This document shows positions 10,234 through 20,547 of a stretch of 62,674 nt of DNA, in pieces. Numbering within the stretch: the stretch's first letter is position 1; each line of letters begins with the position of its first letter. This DNA comes from Coleofasciculus chthonoplastes F2-STO-03 (GTDB lineage: Bacteria; Cyanobacteriota; Cyanobacteriia; Cyanobacteriales; Coleofasciculaceae), in assembly GCA_040222015.1 (NCBI GenBank), contig JAVJWO010000210.1, forward strand, positions 1 through 62,674, read 5' to 3'. Below the pieces are notes generated by a model that saw only the letters and a list, made by a program, of their open reading frames with translations, was not told the origin of the DNA and ran no database searches. Made by a program: the position numbers and the translations under genes.

Positions 10234-11184
10234 ATGTCACAGAAGAACGAAACTGGAACACTTATTGCTGCGTTGGTAATTACACTTGTTATATTAGCCG
10301 GTGGTTTTTGGTGGTTTACTCGTCAATCGGGTATGAATTTGGGAACATTGACAGGAGGCGAGAATAACTCGACTCAAAATCCATCCCCACCCACTCAACC
10401 TGTTAATCCGGGAACGCCAGCCGCGAATCCCAACACGGCTTTTGCACCGCCTCAAACTGTCCCCAGTGGTACAATTGTTCGGATCGCCGGTTCGACGAGT
10501 ATGGTGCAAATTAATCAAGCCTTGAAACAAAGTTTTGAACAGCAGTTTCAAGGTACAACTGTGGAAACCCAAGCTGGGGGTTCAGATCAGGGGATTCGGA
10601 CGCTGTTAACTGGAGGTACAGATATTGCGGCGATTTCTCGTCCTCTAATCTCCCCAGAACCGTCCCAAGGCTTAGTGGCTGTACCTGTGACAAAAGATGC
10701 GATCGCGATCGTGGTGGGTGAGGCAAATCCCTTTCAGCGAGGCTTAACTCAGGCGGAAGTTCAGCAAATTTTTCAAGGACAGATTACCAATTGGTCACAA
10801 GTCGGTGATGCTTCAAAACCGATTCGCGTGATTAATCGTCCCCCGGTTAGCGGAACTCGTCAGGCGTTTCAAGAACTGGTACTCAATGGTGGGCAATTTG
10901 GTACAGCTTCTAATATTGTCACAATGCAGCAAGATGCAACAACTCCAATTTTGCGAGAATTGGGCAACAACGGAATTAGTTATGCCACCTACGCCCAGGT
11001 TGCGGATCAACAAACGGTGCGAACTGTACCCGTCGATGGGTTAACTCCAGAAGCGGCGAATTATCCCTATCAACGAGAACTTTACTACGTCTACAAGCAA
11101 CCTGCAACTCCTCAGGTGCAAGCCTTTCTGGGTTATGTTGGTTCACCCCAAGGACAAGGTGCGATCGCGGCGACTAATCAGTAA
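10234..11184 (+). CDS. PstS-like phosphate-binding (PBP) domain protein with N-terminal membrane anchor
   Basis: IAGSTSM, GSDQGI, DIAAISRPL, RPPVSGTR and YPYQRELYYVY motifs. Confidence 0.85.
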   Translation: MSQKNETGTLIAALVITLVILAGGFWWFTRQSGMNLGTLTGGENNSTQNPSPPTQPVNPGTPAANPNTAFAPPQTVPSGTIVRIAGSTSMVQINQALKQSFEQQFQGTTVETQAGGSDQGIRTLLTGGTDIAAISRPLISPEPSQGLVAVPVTKDAIAIVVGEANPFQRGLTQAEVQQIFQGQITNWSQVGDASKPIRVINRPPVSGTRQAFQELVLNGGQFGTASNIVTMQQDATTPILRELGNNGISYATYAQVADQQTVRTVPVDGLTPEAANYPYQRELYYVYKQPATPQVQAFLGYVGSPQGQGAIAATNQ

Positions 11185-12144
11185 ATGGATATGGAGTCAA
11201 AAGTAGCTAAAGATACATTTAACCACCGAGTTTTCACGGTGAAATCCTTTAGTAACGATGTGAGTATCAAATCTCAGTTTCAACGACAGCTTTGGCAGGC
11301 AATTGACAGAATCAACACCTTACCCATAGCGGCTCAGTTGACACCGAAGACTGTACCTTTACACCGTGTATCTACTTATAATTATGTATGCTATCGGTCT
11401 GCGATCGCACTCAAGTTATCTTCGGCTTGGCAACAGACTCCCTTAGACATCGCCCATCAGCTTACCGCCGCTTTGTTGACGCTTTCTCAAGAGTCTGCTG
11501 ACGCGATTGGTATCAATTTTACCGTTGAAGTATTGCCTCCAGGCTGGATTATTTTCCGACTTAGCGATCGCGCCTTAGCCATCTACTTACAAGGGTGCTT
11601 TAAAATTACCCCTTTTCCATCAGTCCCCGAAAATTACTTAAACGAGAAACTTCAGAAAAAAGGGGGAGCCGGGGATAGGGAAAAACAACAACAAAATCAG
11701 CTAAATTCTGACAAAATTTTTCCCGTTCAATATATTCATGCCCGTTGCTGTTCGCTTTTACGCTTGGCTGACGAGCAGGGGTTAATTCAGGTATTAATTA
11801 CGATCATTTTCCCAAATCCAATTCCTTGGGTTGAAGTAGCAAGAGAGTCGGATCGGGAGTCGGTGCACCTACGTTTAACCCATCCTGCTGAATGGGAGTT
11901 GATTGTCCAGCTTTTAGATTTGTTAGACGTGATGAGTGCTTCCGATTGTCAGCGTTGGGTTAAACAAGGATTGGCTGTAAGTGAGGCTTATGAGCAATTT
12001 GACAAATCCTGCCGAATTTGGGGAGAGGTGAAGATTCATGACTTGCCCTTGGCTCAAGCGAGATTGGGGTTAATCGGGGTTACGCAGGTGGTGTTGCGAT
12101 CGCTCCTGGAAAAATTGGGTGTATCTGCTCCTAGAGCGTTGTAG
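11185..12144 (+). CDS. DALR anticodon-binding domain protein (ArgRS-like, lacking the catalytic domain)
   Basis: ArgRS N-domain-like SAIALKL...PGWIIF and DALR motifs VQYIHARCCSLLRLA and AQARLGLI...LLEKLGVSAP. Confidence 0.8.
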   Translation: MDMESKVAKDTFNHRVFTVKSFSNDVSIKSQFQRQLWQAIDRINTLPIAAQLTPKTVPLHRVSTYNYVCYRSAIALKLSSAWQQTPLDIAHQLTAALLTLSQESADAIGINFTVEVLPPGWIIFRLSDRALAIYLQGCFKITPFPSVPENYLNEKLQKKGGAGDREKQQQNQLNSDKIFPVQYIHARCCSLLRLADEQGLIQVLITIIFPNPIPWVEVARESDRESVHLRLTHPAEWELIVQLLDLLDVMSASDCQRWVKQGLAVSEAYEQFDKSCRIWGEVKIHDLPLAQARLGLIGVTQVVLRSLLEKLGVSAPRAL

Positions 12145-12267
12145 GCACTGGGGAAGATGGGGGAGCAATGTCCCAGACGTAGCATGCTACGTCTGGGATC
12201 TGGGGGAGAAGAAATTAAATTTAGAGCTTATTTGAGGAGCATAGAAAAACAACTTTTCTTACGAGGC

Positions 12268-12296
12268 GTGACATTTTCCACTTATTCCGGTATCAT
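12268..12296 (+). promoter_or_regulatory. sigma70-type promoter of the Yfr2-like RNA
   Basis: GTGACA (12268) followed 17 bp later by TATCAT (12291-12296), 7 nt before GTGTGAGGAG. Confidence 0.6.
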
Positions 12297-12303
12297 TCTG
12301 AAT

Positions 12304-12365
12304 GTGTGAGGAGCGAACCAGCGAGGGAACCGAGACGAAACACGGACAGTCGTCGGTTCCCTTTC
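12304..12365 (+). ncRNA. yfr2: Yfr2-family cyanobacterial small RNA
   Basis: 5' GTGTGAGGAG, then a stem AGGGAACCGA/TCGGTTCCCT enclosing GACGAAACACGGACAGTCG (a GAAACA-type loop); promoter immediately upstream. Confidence 0.75.
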
Positions 12366-12379
12366 TGATCTAGGGAATG

Positions 12380-13296
12380 TCACAGAATTAACGCTTCAAT
12401 GGCTGTGGCTAAGCCATCTTGTTCAACCGAGGGAGCTACCCACTGCGCGATCGCCTGAACTTCGAGAGGCGCATTGCCCATGGCGACGCCAAACCCTGCA
12501 TAGTCCAGCATTTCGATATCGTTAAAGTTATCGCCAATTGTCATAATATTTTGGGCAGATAATCCCAGCAAGTCTTCGGCTAGGTAGCGCACGGCTTCTC
12601 CTTTGTTGACGAGGGGATTGGTGGCTTGAACAGACCCTACTAACCCCATCTAAATCAAAGATTCTAGATAGGGACTGCGCTCAACTTTCGTTCAAAGAAG
12701 GTGGCGACTGATTTAGTCAGGTAAAGTTCAGCGGGGGTGTATTGCTGGCGCAATCTGCTAAATAATTGGTCGATAACCGTTGTATCCTGACAGAGGGCTA
12801 ATACCTTGGTGGGTTCGTTGGTGAGTACCTGACGCAAGTCACCCACTGATAGCGGTTGAATATCTGCCCGTTGAGCATAGCGCTGGGTTTCGGGGGTCAT
12901 TTCCCGAACATACAACTGATCGTTGATATAGAAATGGACGGAAAGCTGCGATCGCAGCATGTCACTCTCAAAATAATCCAATAATTGTTCAGCCCTAGCA
13001 CGGGAGACGGATAAATGGCGGTGAATTGTCTCTGTGGCGGGATCTTGAATCCATGCGCCTTGATACGCCAGAATCGGTAGGGTAGAACCCACCTGCCGAT
13101 GGAAGCGTAAAGCAGAACAGTACATGCGTCCGGTTGCGATCGCGACTTGAATCCCCTTTGCTTGTACCCTAAGAATGGCTTGCTTGACAGGTTCTGTAAT
13201 CGTGTTGGATTCACCTGCGATCGTGCCATCAATATCCAGAACCAGTAATTGAATGTCCAGGCTATCTCGCTCTTGAGGTTCTAAGGATTGGGACAT
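12380..13296 (-). pseudogene. Cof-type HAD-IIB hydrolase interrupted by a 65-bp insertion
   Basis: Motif I LDIDGT and ATGR are in the 5' ORF; NKG and GDNFNDIEML are in the 3' ORF. Removing 12626-12690 restores ...TFFE-ATNPLVNKG in frame. Confidence 0.9.
12626..12690 (-). mobile_element. 65-bp miniature IS200/IS605-like element
   Basis: On the minus strand it follows TTGAA and ends in TTCAA, with an internal hairpin CCCTATCTAGAATC-TTT-GATTTAGATGGG. No duplication longer than 2 bp. Confidence 0.6.
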
Positions 13297-13370
13297 CTGT
13301 TTTATAGTGTTTATTTAGGGCTTACTGAATTAAGCTGAAAGCTATACTATACAAGGGTTTTAATCCATTT

Positions 13371-14708
13371 TTACACAGGGCGATACCGGGGAAAACTTGG
13401 TAACTCAATTGATGACAATGACTTAATTTTTTTCGGGCGTCGTAGGGGATAAACCACAGGTGAGGGCCAATTGGGTTGGGGGAGAGTCACCTCATTCTCT
13501 TCATCCCATTCATCTTCAGTCGCCTCAGTCTCTGCTGAGGATAGTTCGGATTCATCACCGGTTTCTGTGTCCCTTCCGGGTTCGAGCATCCAAGGGTTTG
13601 GCTCCTGAACTAAATCGTATGCGACTTCTGATAATCCTGAAGCTTGCGCCAGGGAGTTCATTTCCGCCAGAAGTTGTCGTTCGGCTTCTAACTCCGCCGC
13701 CGTACTGTCTGAAATCGGGGTTACGGTTGAGTCGATTGGCGTTGTTAATGGGTGAGACTCCGAGGGTTCAGTAACGTCTTCGGTATCTGAAGCAGATGTC
13801 GCCAATAATGAATCGAGCTGGAGGGGACGATTCCAAAGGGGTTCGGTATCAGTTGAGGATTCATCGACTAAGAAATCCTGTTGAGCGGACCAAGGTTGGA
13901 TCGGTTGGGCTTTGGGGACAACACCGCCTACATCCCGTTTTGGACGGGTGGGTTGGGCAACGCTATCCTGACGATTCGGCATTTCCAGGCATTTTTCCAG
14001 GGCGACTTTGAATTGTAAGGTTTGCTGTTGTTGTCGGTGTAAGCGGGTTTTAAGTTCTCGACAGGTATTGGCGGATTGCAGTAAGTGATGGGATTGTTCG
14101 TTATTCCGTTGCTGGGTGAGAGCGCATTCCCGTTCTAGTTGTGCCACTCGTTCTTGAGAGCTTTGTAGTTGCTCGGACAAGGTTTCAATCAGAATTTGCT
14201 GGCGAGTTGCGGCTTGATGGGAGGATTCTAGGGTATGGAAGAGACGAGTTAATTGGTCTTGCAGCGTGTTAAGTTCCTCGCCTTGGCGGACAATTAGACT
14301 ATCCTGCTCTTGCGATCGCACCATCTCGGCGTTTAAGGCGTCCTGTTTTTCACTCAGGGCGTTCTGCAGTTGGGCAATTTGTTCCAGCAAGCGGCGATTG
14401 CGCTGGCGCATTTTTTGGGCAAGGGCAAACCAATCCGCGTCTTTGTTGCGAGATTCTGCCAGGGTGGGGAGTGATTCAGGATAGCTTGTGTCTGCCTCAA
14501 CGTTGACTGTGGAGTCTGACTCGACGGTTTGGTCGATTTCCACATCCGGCTGTGGTTCATCCTCATTCATGTCGGCTATCTGAAAGAGGTTGATCAGCGT
14601 CTCAGATGCAGGATTCTCTTGCTCATCGGGGTTGGGTTCAGCACTCTCATCTGTCCATTCACTGGACTCCGGGAGAGGCTCTTTATTGGGGGTGTCAGAA
14701 TCACTCAT
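13371..14708 (-). CDS. hypothetical coiled-coil protein with acidic disordered termini
   Basis: Long Q/E/L heptad region; C-terminal WPSPVVYPLR...IELPSFPR. Confidence 0.75.
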   Translation of the reverse strand: MSDSDTPNKEPLPESSEWTDESAEPNPDEQENPASETLINLFQIADMNEDEPQPDVEIDQTVESDSTVNVEADTSYPESLPTLAESRNKDADWFALAQKMRQRNRRLLEQIAQLQNALSEKQDALNAEMVRSQEQDSLIVRQGEELNTLQDQLTRLFHTLESSHQAATRQQILIETLSEQLQSSQERVAQLERECALTQQRNNEQSHHLLQSANTCRELKTRLHRQQQQTLQFKVALEKCLEMPNRQDSVAQPTRPKRDVGGVVPKAQPIQPWSAQQDFLVDESSTDTEPLWNRPLQLDSLLATSASDTEDVTEPSESHPLTTPIDSTVTPISDSTAAELEAERQLLAEMNSLAQASGLSEVAYDLVQEPNPWMLEPGRDTETGDESELSSAETEATEDEWDEENEVTLPQPNWPSPVVYPLRRPKKIKSLSSIELPSFPRYRPV

Positions 14709-14889
14709 AGCTCTTCATCCAGAGGGTCACAAATCAACCCAATTATGAATTATGGGTTATAAATTTTAATAAGACACAAAACTCGCCAGATTACAAATTG
14801 TGCTGGGAGAATTTGAGAACCGCCGAAGACGAGTGATAAGAGCATTGGCATAAAGTACCTCTGCTCCTCTGCCCCTCTGCCTTTGTTTT

Positions 14890-15945
14890 TCATGACTCCT
14901 TGACGAGAATGTCTACCAATAAATCTTGATGCATCAACGCCCGATCCACTAAGGATTGGATTTGATCGCGGCTCTTGGAATTACCATTGGCATAGTAATC
15001 GATCCAGGTATGCGCGATCGCGTTTGGGTCATCGGGTATGTCGGTTAACTTCCATCCGGGCAAGTCAAGTTCTGCCATTAGGGAATCAACCTTCGGGTCA
15101 TAGCTTAAGGCAAAACAGCGACAGTCTTGGGCTGCTGCCATAATCAGACTGTGGTAGCGCATCCCAATTGCCATTTCTACTCCCCGAAACAATCCTTTTA
15201 ATTGTTGGGGTTCATCGAGCTGAAAAATCTGATGGGTATCCGGAAGCTGGGAGGCAATGGATTGGGCGATGCTCAGATCTTGAGATGCCTGAAATGGCAC
15301 CAGTAGTATACAGGTTTTGGTTGCCCCCTGAAAGTTTATCAGAGCTTGGGTGAGGTTGGCAAGACGCTCTTGGGTAAGATGGGGGTGCGATCGCAAGGTG
15401 ACGGCGACTCTCGGTGCAGGTAAGTCCCATAATCCAGGGACTGGGGTTGAGTCTAATGCCCAGACTGGATCAGGAGCAACCCGAAACGGAACCTGCCAAT
15501 CGGCGAGGAGGGCGGCTGAGGTGCGATCGCGCACACTGACGCCTGTACATCCCTGAAAACATTTTCGCGCCATCCAGCGCGTTAGAGGACGCTGCAAGGG
15601 ACCAATTCCCTGCGCCCAAGCAATGGTTTTTAAGCCCCGCTTTTGAGCTAATCCCATAAGTCCACTGTAGTACACTGGACTCATGGCACTGGTGGCGTCT
15701 TGGATTAAACTCCCACCCCCCCAGATCAAACTATCGGCTTGGTTAAAGGCTTCTAGGACACGAAACGCTGAGGTGCGATCGCAGGTTTCTACCCCATACC
15801 GTTTACGTGTCTGGTTCGGATTACCAGAAAGCACCAGTGGTGTTATCGATTTAGGCAACATTTGTAGCAACGACGCCAGTAACGCCTCATCACCCCCATT
15901 GCCCTTGCCATAATATCCGCATACTATTGCCCGTTTCTGCCCCAT
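14890..15945 (-). CDS. csaB: polysaccharide pyruvyl transferase CsaB
   Basis: CGYYGKGNGGDEA, GGGSLIQD, AQGIGP, SVRD, GMRYH and SYDPKV motifs. Confidence 0.92.
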   Translation of the reverse strand: MGQKRAIVCGYYGKGNGGDEALLASLLQMLPKSITPLVLSGNPNQTRKRYGVETCDRTSAFRVLEAFNQADSLIWGGGSLIQDATSAMSPVYYSGLMGLAQKRGLKTIAWAQGIGPLQRPLTRWMARKCFQGCTGVSVRDRTSAALLADWQVPFRVAPDPVWALDSTPVPGLWDLPAPRVAVTLRSHPHLTQERLANLTQALINFQGATKTCILLVPFQASQDLSIAQSIASQLPDTHQIFQLDEPQQLKGLFRGVEMAIGMRYHSLIMAAAQDCRCFALSYDPKVDSLMAELDLPGWKLTDIPDDPNAIAHTWIDYYANGNSKSRDQIQSLVDRALMHQDLLVDILVKES

Positions 15946-16103
15946 GCCCTGATTTGTGATCCGTGTTTGCCTATCAGTTTAGGACAGTCCGCGATCGCTG
16001 TGTCGATTATGTTTAAGATAGTTATGTCGTTTTATTGTTACATTTGTAATACGTTGAGATTACTAACGATCTGTTTCTGGCGATCGCACATCCAATTCAC
16101 AGA

Positions 16104-17033
16104 ATGAATCCTAACTTAATCCTGCCCGTCGGCACACAAGTTGTTAGTCGTGTCGAGGTAAAAAATTCTGCCAATGAACCCTTATGTGTACGCGGTGCGG
16201 TTGGTGTTATCGTCAAATCACCCACCGATAATTCCCATGCGTATCTTATCCGTTTGCCAAACAACGTTGAAATCACCCTAAATCGACAGGAATTTAGTAT
16301 CCGCAAGCATTTTCAAAACGAAGGATTACAGCAAGCCGCCGATAGCCTGAGTGATTACAATTTATACGAATATGTCATCTATCGTTGTATTGTCGGGTCT
16401 AGAGCTTTTGGTTTAGATCAGGAAACCTCAGATATTGACCGTCGCGGGATTTACTTACCCCCTGCTGATATTCATTGGTCACTTTACGGCATTCCCGAAC
16501 AGTTAGAAAATCAGGAAAATCAGGAATGTTATTGGGAATTGCAAAAGTTTTTAATCTTAGCGCTTAAAGCCAATCCCAATGTTCTAGAATGCTTGTATAC
16601 ACCCTTAGTCGAGACAGCAACCCCCATCGCCAAAGACCTACTAGACCAGCGAGAAATGTTTCTCTCGCAATTAGTCTATCAAACCTATAACGGTTATGTA
16701 ATGTCCCAATTCAAAAAAATGGAGCAAGATCTCCGTACAAAAGGACAGATTCGCTTAAAACACGCCATGCATCTGATCCGCTTGTTATTATCAGGGATTA
16801 CAATTCTCAAAGAAGGCTTTGTTCCCGTTAAAGTCGAGGACTATCGACAGCAATTGCTAGCGATTCGCCAGGGAGACATGGCGTGGGAGGAAGTAAATGC
16901 TTGGCGGTTAGCGTTACATCATCAGTTTGATGAAGCCTTGAGAAAAACCTCATTACCCGAACGCCCAGACTATGAAAAAGCCAACACCTTCTTAATAAAA
17001 GCACGGCGAAGTCGCTCGTCGTTGTGCTTGTAG
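16104..17033 (+). CDS. RlaP/YcgL-like DNA pol-beta superfamily nucleotidyltransferase with N-terminal extension
   Basis: GSRAFGL...SDIDRRGIY, LKANPNVLECLY and KHAMHLIRLL motifs. Confidence 0.85.
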   Translation: MNPNLILPVGTQVVSRVEVKNSANEPLCVRGAVGVIVKSPTDNSHAYLIRLPNNVEITLNRQEFSIRKHFQNEGLQQAADSLSDYNLYEYVIYRCIVGSRAFGLDQETSDIDRRGIYLPPADIHWSLYGIPEQLENQENQECYWELQKFLILALKANPNVLECLYTPLVETATPIAKDLLDQREMFLSQLVYQTYNGYVMSQFKKMEQDLRTKGQIRLKHAMHLIRLLLSGITILKEGFVPVKVEDYRQQLLAIRQGDMAWEEVNAWRLALHHQFDEALRKTSLPERPDYEKANTFLIKARRSRSSLCL

Positions 17034-17181
17034 TTGCGCTGTCTTCGCCCTAAACGTTTACCTCCCTTCCTATAATGAATAATGGATCAAAATATTTGCC
17101 ACACATCATAACCTTGTAGAGACGTAGCTACGTTTCTACTAACCCTTATCTGTTTAGAAAATTAAATCGCAAATAAACCTC

Positions 17182-18117
17182 ATGTGTGATACATTTGTTG
17201 CCCTACCAAACTCAACACTCAACGGTGATATTATTTTCGGCAAAAATAGCGATCGCCCCCAGGGTGAAATTCAAGATGTTGTCGTCATTCCCGCCAGAAA
17301 CTACAACTCAAACACAACAGTTGAATGCACCTATATCTCAATTCCCCAAGTTGAGAAAACCCTAGCCGTGATCCTCTCCAAACCCCGATGGATGTGGGGC
17401 GCAGAAATGGGGGCAAATGAATGTGGCGTTGTGATTGGCAATGAAGCCGTTTGGACAGTTGAACCCTATAAAACTAAGGGTTTGCTAGGCATGGATTTAG
17501 TCCGGTTAGGATTAGAACGAGGCAAAACAGCATTAGAGGCGCTTCATGTCATCACCCAGTTGCTAAAAGAATATGGACAAGGAGGGAATTGTGCCGAAAA
17601 TTTTTCCATGAATTATCATAACTCATTTATTTTGGCAGACTCCCAAGACGCCTGGGTATTAGAAACCGCCGGTGAGTATTGGGTAGCTGAACGAATACAA
17701 CAAGGAACCCGCTCAATTTCTAATAATCTCAGTATTCGGAATTCAGGTGATCTGCGCCATCCAGAGATAATTAACTATGCAGTGAATCGGGGATGGTGTA
17801 CGGGAGAGGAAGATTTTGATTTCGCCAGCATCTTTTCGGAAGGAGGATATTCAGAATCACTATCCATTGATTCCAGAGAAGGGCGAGTCAGACAGTTATG
17901 TCAAGTTAATGAAGGCAAATTTTCGATTGAGACAGCACAATCAATTTTACGAGAACACAAGGGAAACATTTGTATGCACGGCGCCTTTGAAAGTGCCGGA
18001 AGTCAAGTTTCGTCTCTATCCCACGATGGATGCAAACACTGGTTTATTGAGCAGCCGTTTCCCTGTCAGCAAACTTATAAACAAAAGCGTTTTTTAGTCG
18101 ATTCAGTGTCAGTATAG
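17182..18117 (+). CDS. C69 family (secernin/dipeptidase-like) Ntn hydrolase
   Basis: N-terminal MCDT nucleophile, FGKNSDRP, WMWGAEMGANE and GLLGMDLVRLGLER. Confidence 0.88.
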   Translation: MCDTFVALPNSTLNGDIIFGKNSDRPQGEIQDVVVIPARNYNSNTTVECTYISIPQVEKTLAVILSKPRWMWGAEMGANECGVVIGNEAVWTVEPYKTKGLLGMDLVRLGLERGKTALEALHVITQLLKEYGQGGNCAENFSMNYHNSFILADSQDAWVLETAGEYWVAERIQQGTRSISNNLSIRNSGDLRHPEIINYAVNRGWCTGEEDFDFASIFSEGGYSESLSIDSREGRVRQLCQVNEGKFSIETAQSILREHKGNICMHGAFESAGSQVSSLSHDGCKHWFIEQPFPCQQTYKQKRFLVDSVSV

Positions 18118-18285
18118 CCTCGTTCCCCGGCTTTACCTCCGGTAGTCGCGGCTCCATCCGCCAAGAATTTCCGGATCAAAATTGGTAAAAATTGTAGCTT
18201 AAGTTGACACGGATGCCGCCTATTAGAGGCGTATCCACCTACTAAAAGTGTCCCTGGAAGACTACTCACTGGTTTTAGGCAAGTC

Positions 18286-19059
18286 ATGATTGAAAGACAA
18301 AATCGCTTACTTCCCGCTGTTGGCAAACAGCCGTATCCACTATTATTTGTCACCATTAGCGGGTCACATTTGTATGGGTTTCCCTCACCCGATTCGGATT
18401 ACGATTTGCGCGGTAGTCACATTTTACCAATACAAGACGTCATCGGACTAGAAACCGGACGTGAGACGATTGAAGTGTCGCAAATTCGAGACGGATTGGA
18501 ACTAGATTTAGTTACTCACGATATCAAAAAGTTCTTTTCTCTACTCCTAAAAAAGAATGGATATGTCTTAGAGCAATTGTACTCTCCGCTTATTGTTCAT
18601 ACAACACCAGAACATCAAGAACTCAAAGCGATCGCGCAAGGGTGCCTCACTCGCCACCACAGCCATCATTACTTAGGTTTTGCCCGCACTCAATGGCGAC
18701 TGTTTGGCAAAGAATGTCCGCGTCGCATTAAGCCCTTGCTTTATGTCTATCGGGTTTTACTCACGGGTATTCATTTAATGAAAACGGGTGAAGTGGAAGC
18801 CAATTTGCTCAAATTGAATGAAGAATTTGAATTATCATATATTTCCGATTTAATTGCCCAGAAATTAGCCAGTGCGGAAAAATCTCCGATAGAAGAGGGA
18901 GATTTAGCGTTTTATCGGGGAGAATACGAACGGCTGTATGAGGAATTATAACAAGCCAGTCAGTCGAGTGAACTCCCTGCCGCACCCTCGGCAAAAGAGG
19001 CGTTAAATGACCTGCTAATTCGGTTACGCTTGAATGGGGAAGATGGGGCAAATAAATGA
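18286..19059 (+). pseudogene. second RlaP/YcgL-like nucleotidyltransferase with an in-frame TAA at 18949-18951
   Basis: SGSHLYGFPSPDSDYDLRG, KNGYVLEQL and KPLLYVYRVLLTG motifs. The frame continues past the TAA as QASQSSELPAAPSAKEALNDLLIRLRL, which looks like the family C-terminus. Confidence 0.8.
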
Positions 19060-19225
19060 CATCGTGTCTTGCTACGCAAGGATTATATAAATCCCCAAAA
19101 ATCAATTTTAACAAAAAGTAATTTTTGTTGGTAGTGCGAGCATCTTGCTCGCTACCCATTCCCAATTTAAATGTATAACAGCTTATGTCTGTATAACGAT
19201 GTTCAAGGAAAAATCAAGCCAAATC

Positions 19226-19945
19226 ATGGCAACTCTCATTCAGATTTGGCGATCGCAAGCTAATAAGCCTCTGTTCTGGAAGCTTGCTATTATCCCGATT
19301 TTAGGTGTAATCCTAACAGTTGCGGGGCTTTGGGTATTTCTATAAATTGCGGATGAGGTGTTAGAAAAGCAAACTCAGGCAATTGACACAACCCTAATGT
19401 TGCTGGTTAAACAATTTCATTCACCGCTGCTGGATTGGGTAATGCGGGGTGCTTCGATTATTGGTGGAACCGTAGTTTTTACTCTAATGTGTTTAATTTT
19501 AGGGGCAATATTTTGGGGGCGACAACAGCGGGTTTATTTGACCGCGTTAGCGATTACAGCTATTGGTGGAACTGGATTAAACCTGTTAATTAAACAGTTA
19601 TTTAACCGTCCACGTCCCCAACTCTGGCAAATTACCACGGGTGAACCCAATACATCAAGTTTTCCCAGTGGTCATGCCATGTTATCACTGGTTATCTATG
19701 GTTTTATTGGCTATTTACTAGCCCGTCATTTTCGCCGTTGGCGGTGGTGGATTGTCAGCTTAATTATTGTATTGATTGTCCTGATTGGCTTCAGTCGGGT
19801 TTATCTGGGTGTTCATTGGTTCACGGATATTGTAGCCGGACAAGCGGCGGGATTAACCTGGCTGATGGCTTGTTTGTTAAACCTTGAGATTTACCGACGC
19901 TATCACCAATACCGTAAAAAATCACCGCCGTCACTCTCATCCTAA
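19226..19945 (+). pseudogene. PAP2 family phosphatase with an in-frame TAA at 19343-19345
   Basis: K..FNRPRP, SFPSGH and SRVYLGVHW..D motifs. The N-terminal TM segment (GLWVFL*IADEV) is in the same frame. Confidence 0.8.
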
Positions 19946-20091
19946 TTTGAGGACAATGGCACGCTCAATAAGCATTTTTATTCACCGAAATTCTTGATAT
20001 ACCGTAGGGTGGGCATTGCCCACCAGCCAAAATTTCAGTACCCTTCAATTTAAGGGTTATGGAGTTGTCGCAGCAATAAAGCAAAACCACC

Positions 20092-20547
20092 ATGGAAGCG
20101 GTTATCTTAATCGGAATTCAGGCGTCAGGGAAATCATCATTTTGCCGCGATCGCTTTTATAACACTCATATCCGGATTAATCTGGATATGCTCAAAACTC
20201 GACATCGGGAAAAGATTCTGGTTCAAGCTTGTCTTGATGCTCAACAGCGGTTTGTTGTGGATAACACGAATCCAAAGCCGGCAGATATGGCGCGTTATAT
20301 TGTACCCGCGAAGGAAAATAGATTTCGGGTAGTGGGGTATTATTTTCAATCGGTTCTAGAGGATTGTAAGCGACGAAATTCTCAACGCAAAGGGAAACAA
20401 GTGATTCCTGTACCAGGGATTTTAGCAACGCATAAAAAGCTTGTTTTACCGCGTTGGGATGAAGGGTTTGATGCGCTTTATTATGTGAAAATGGGGGTAA
20501 ATTATTCGTTTATTGTCAAAGAGTGGGATCAATACAGCAAGGGATAG
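20092..20547 (+). CDS. AAA_33 / polynucleotide-kinase-like P-loop protein
   Basis: Walker A GIQASGKS, VVDNTN, RNSQR lid and EGFD motif. Confidence 0.85.
   Translation: MEAVILIGIQASGKSSFCRDRFYNTHIRINLDMLKTRHREKILVQACLDAQQRFVVDNTNPKPADMARYIVPAKENRFRVVGYYFQSVLEDCKRRNSQRKGKQVIPVPGILATHKKLVLPRWDEGFDALYYVKMGVNYSFIVKEWDQYSKG

Noticed and set aside
16035..16051. TTACA-TT-TGTAA inverted repeat upstream of the nucleotidyltransferase cluster as an NtcA site
   Set aside because: It does not fit GTA-N8-TAC and is too short to assign to any regulator.
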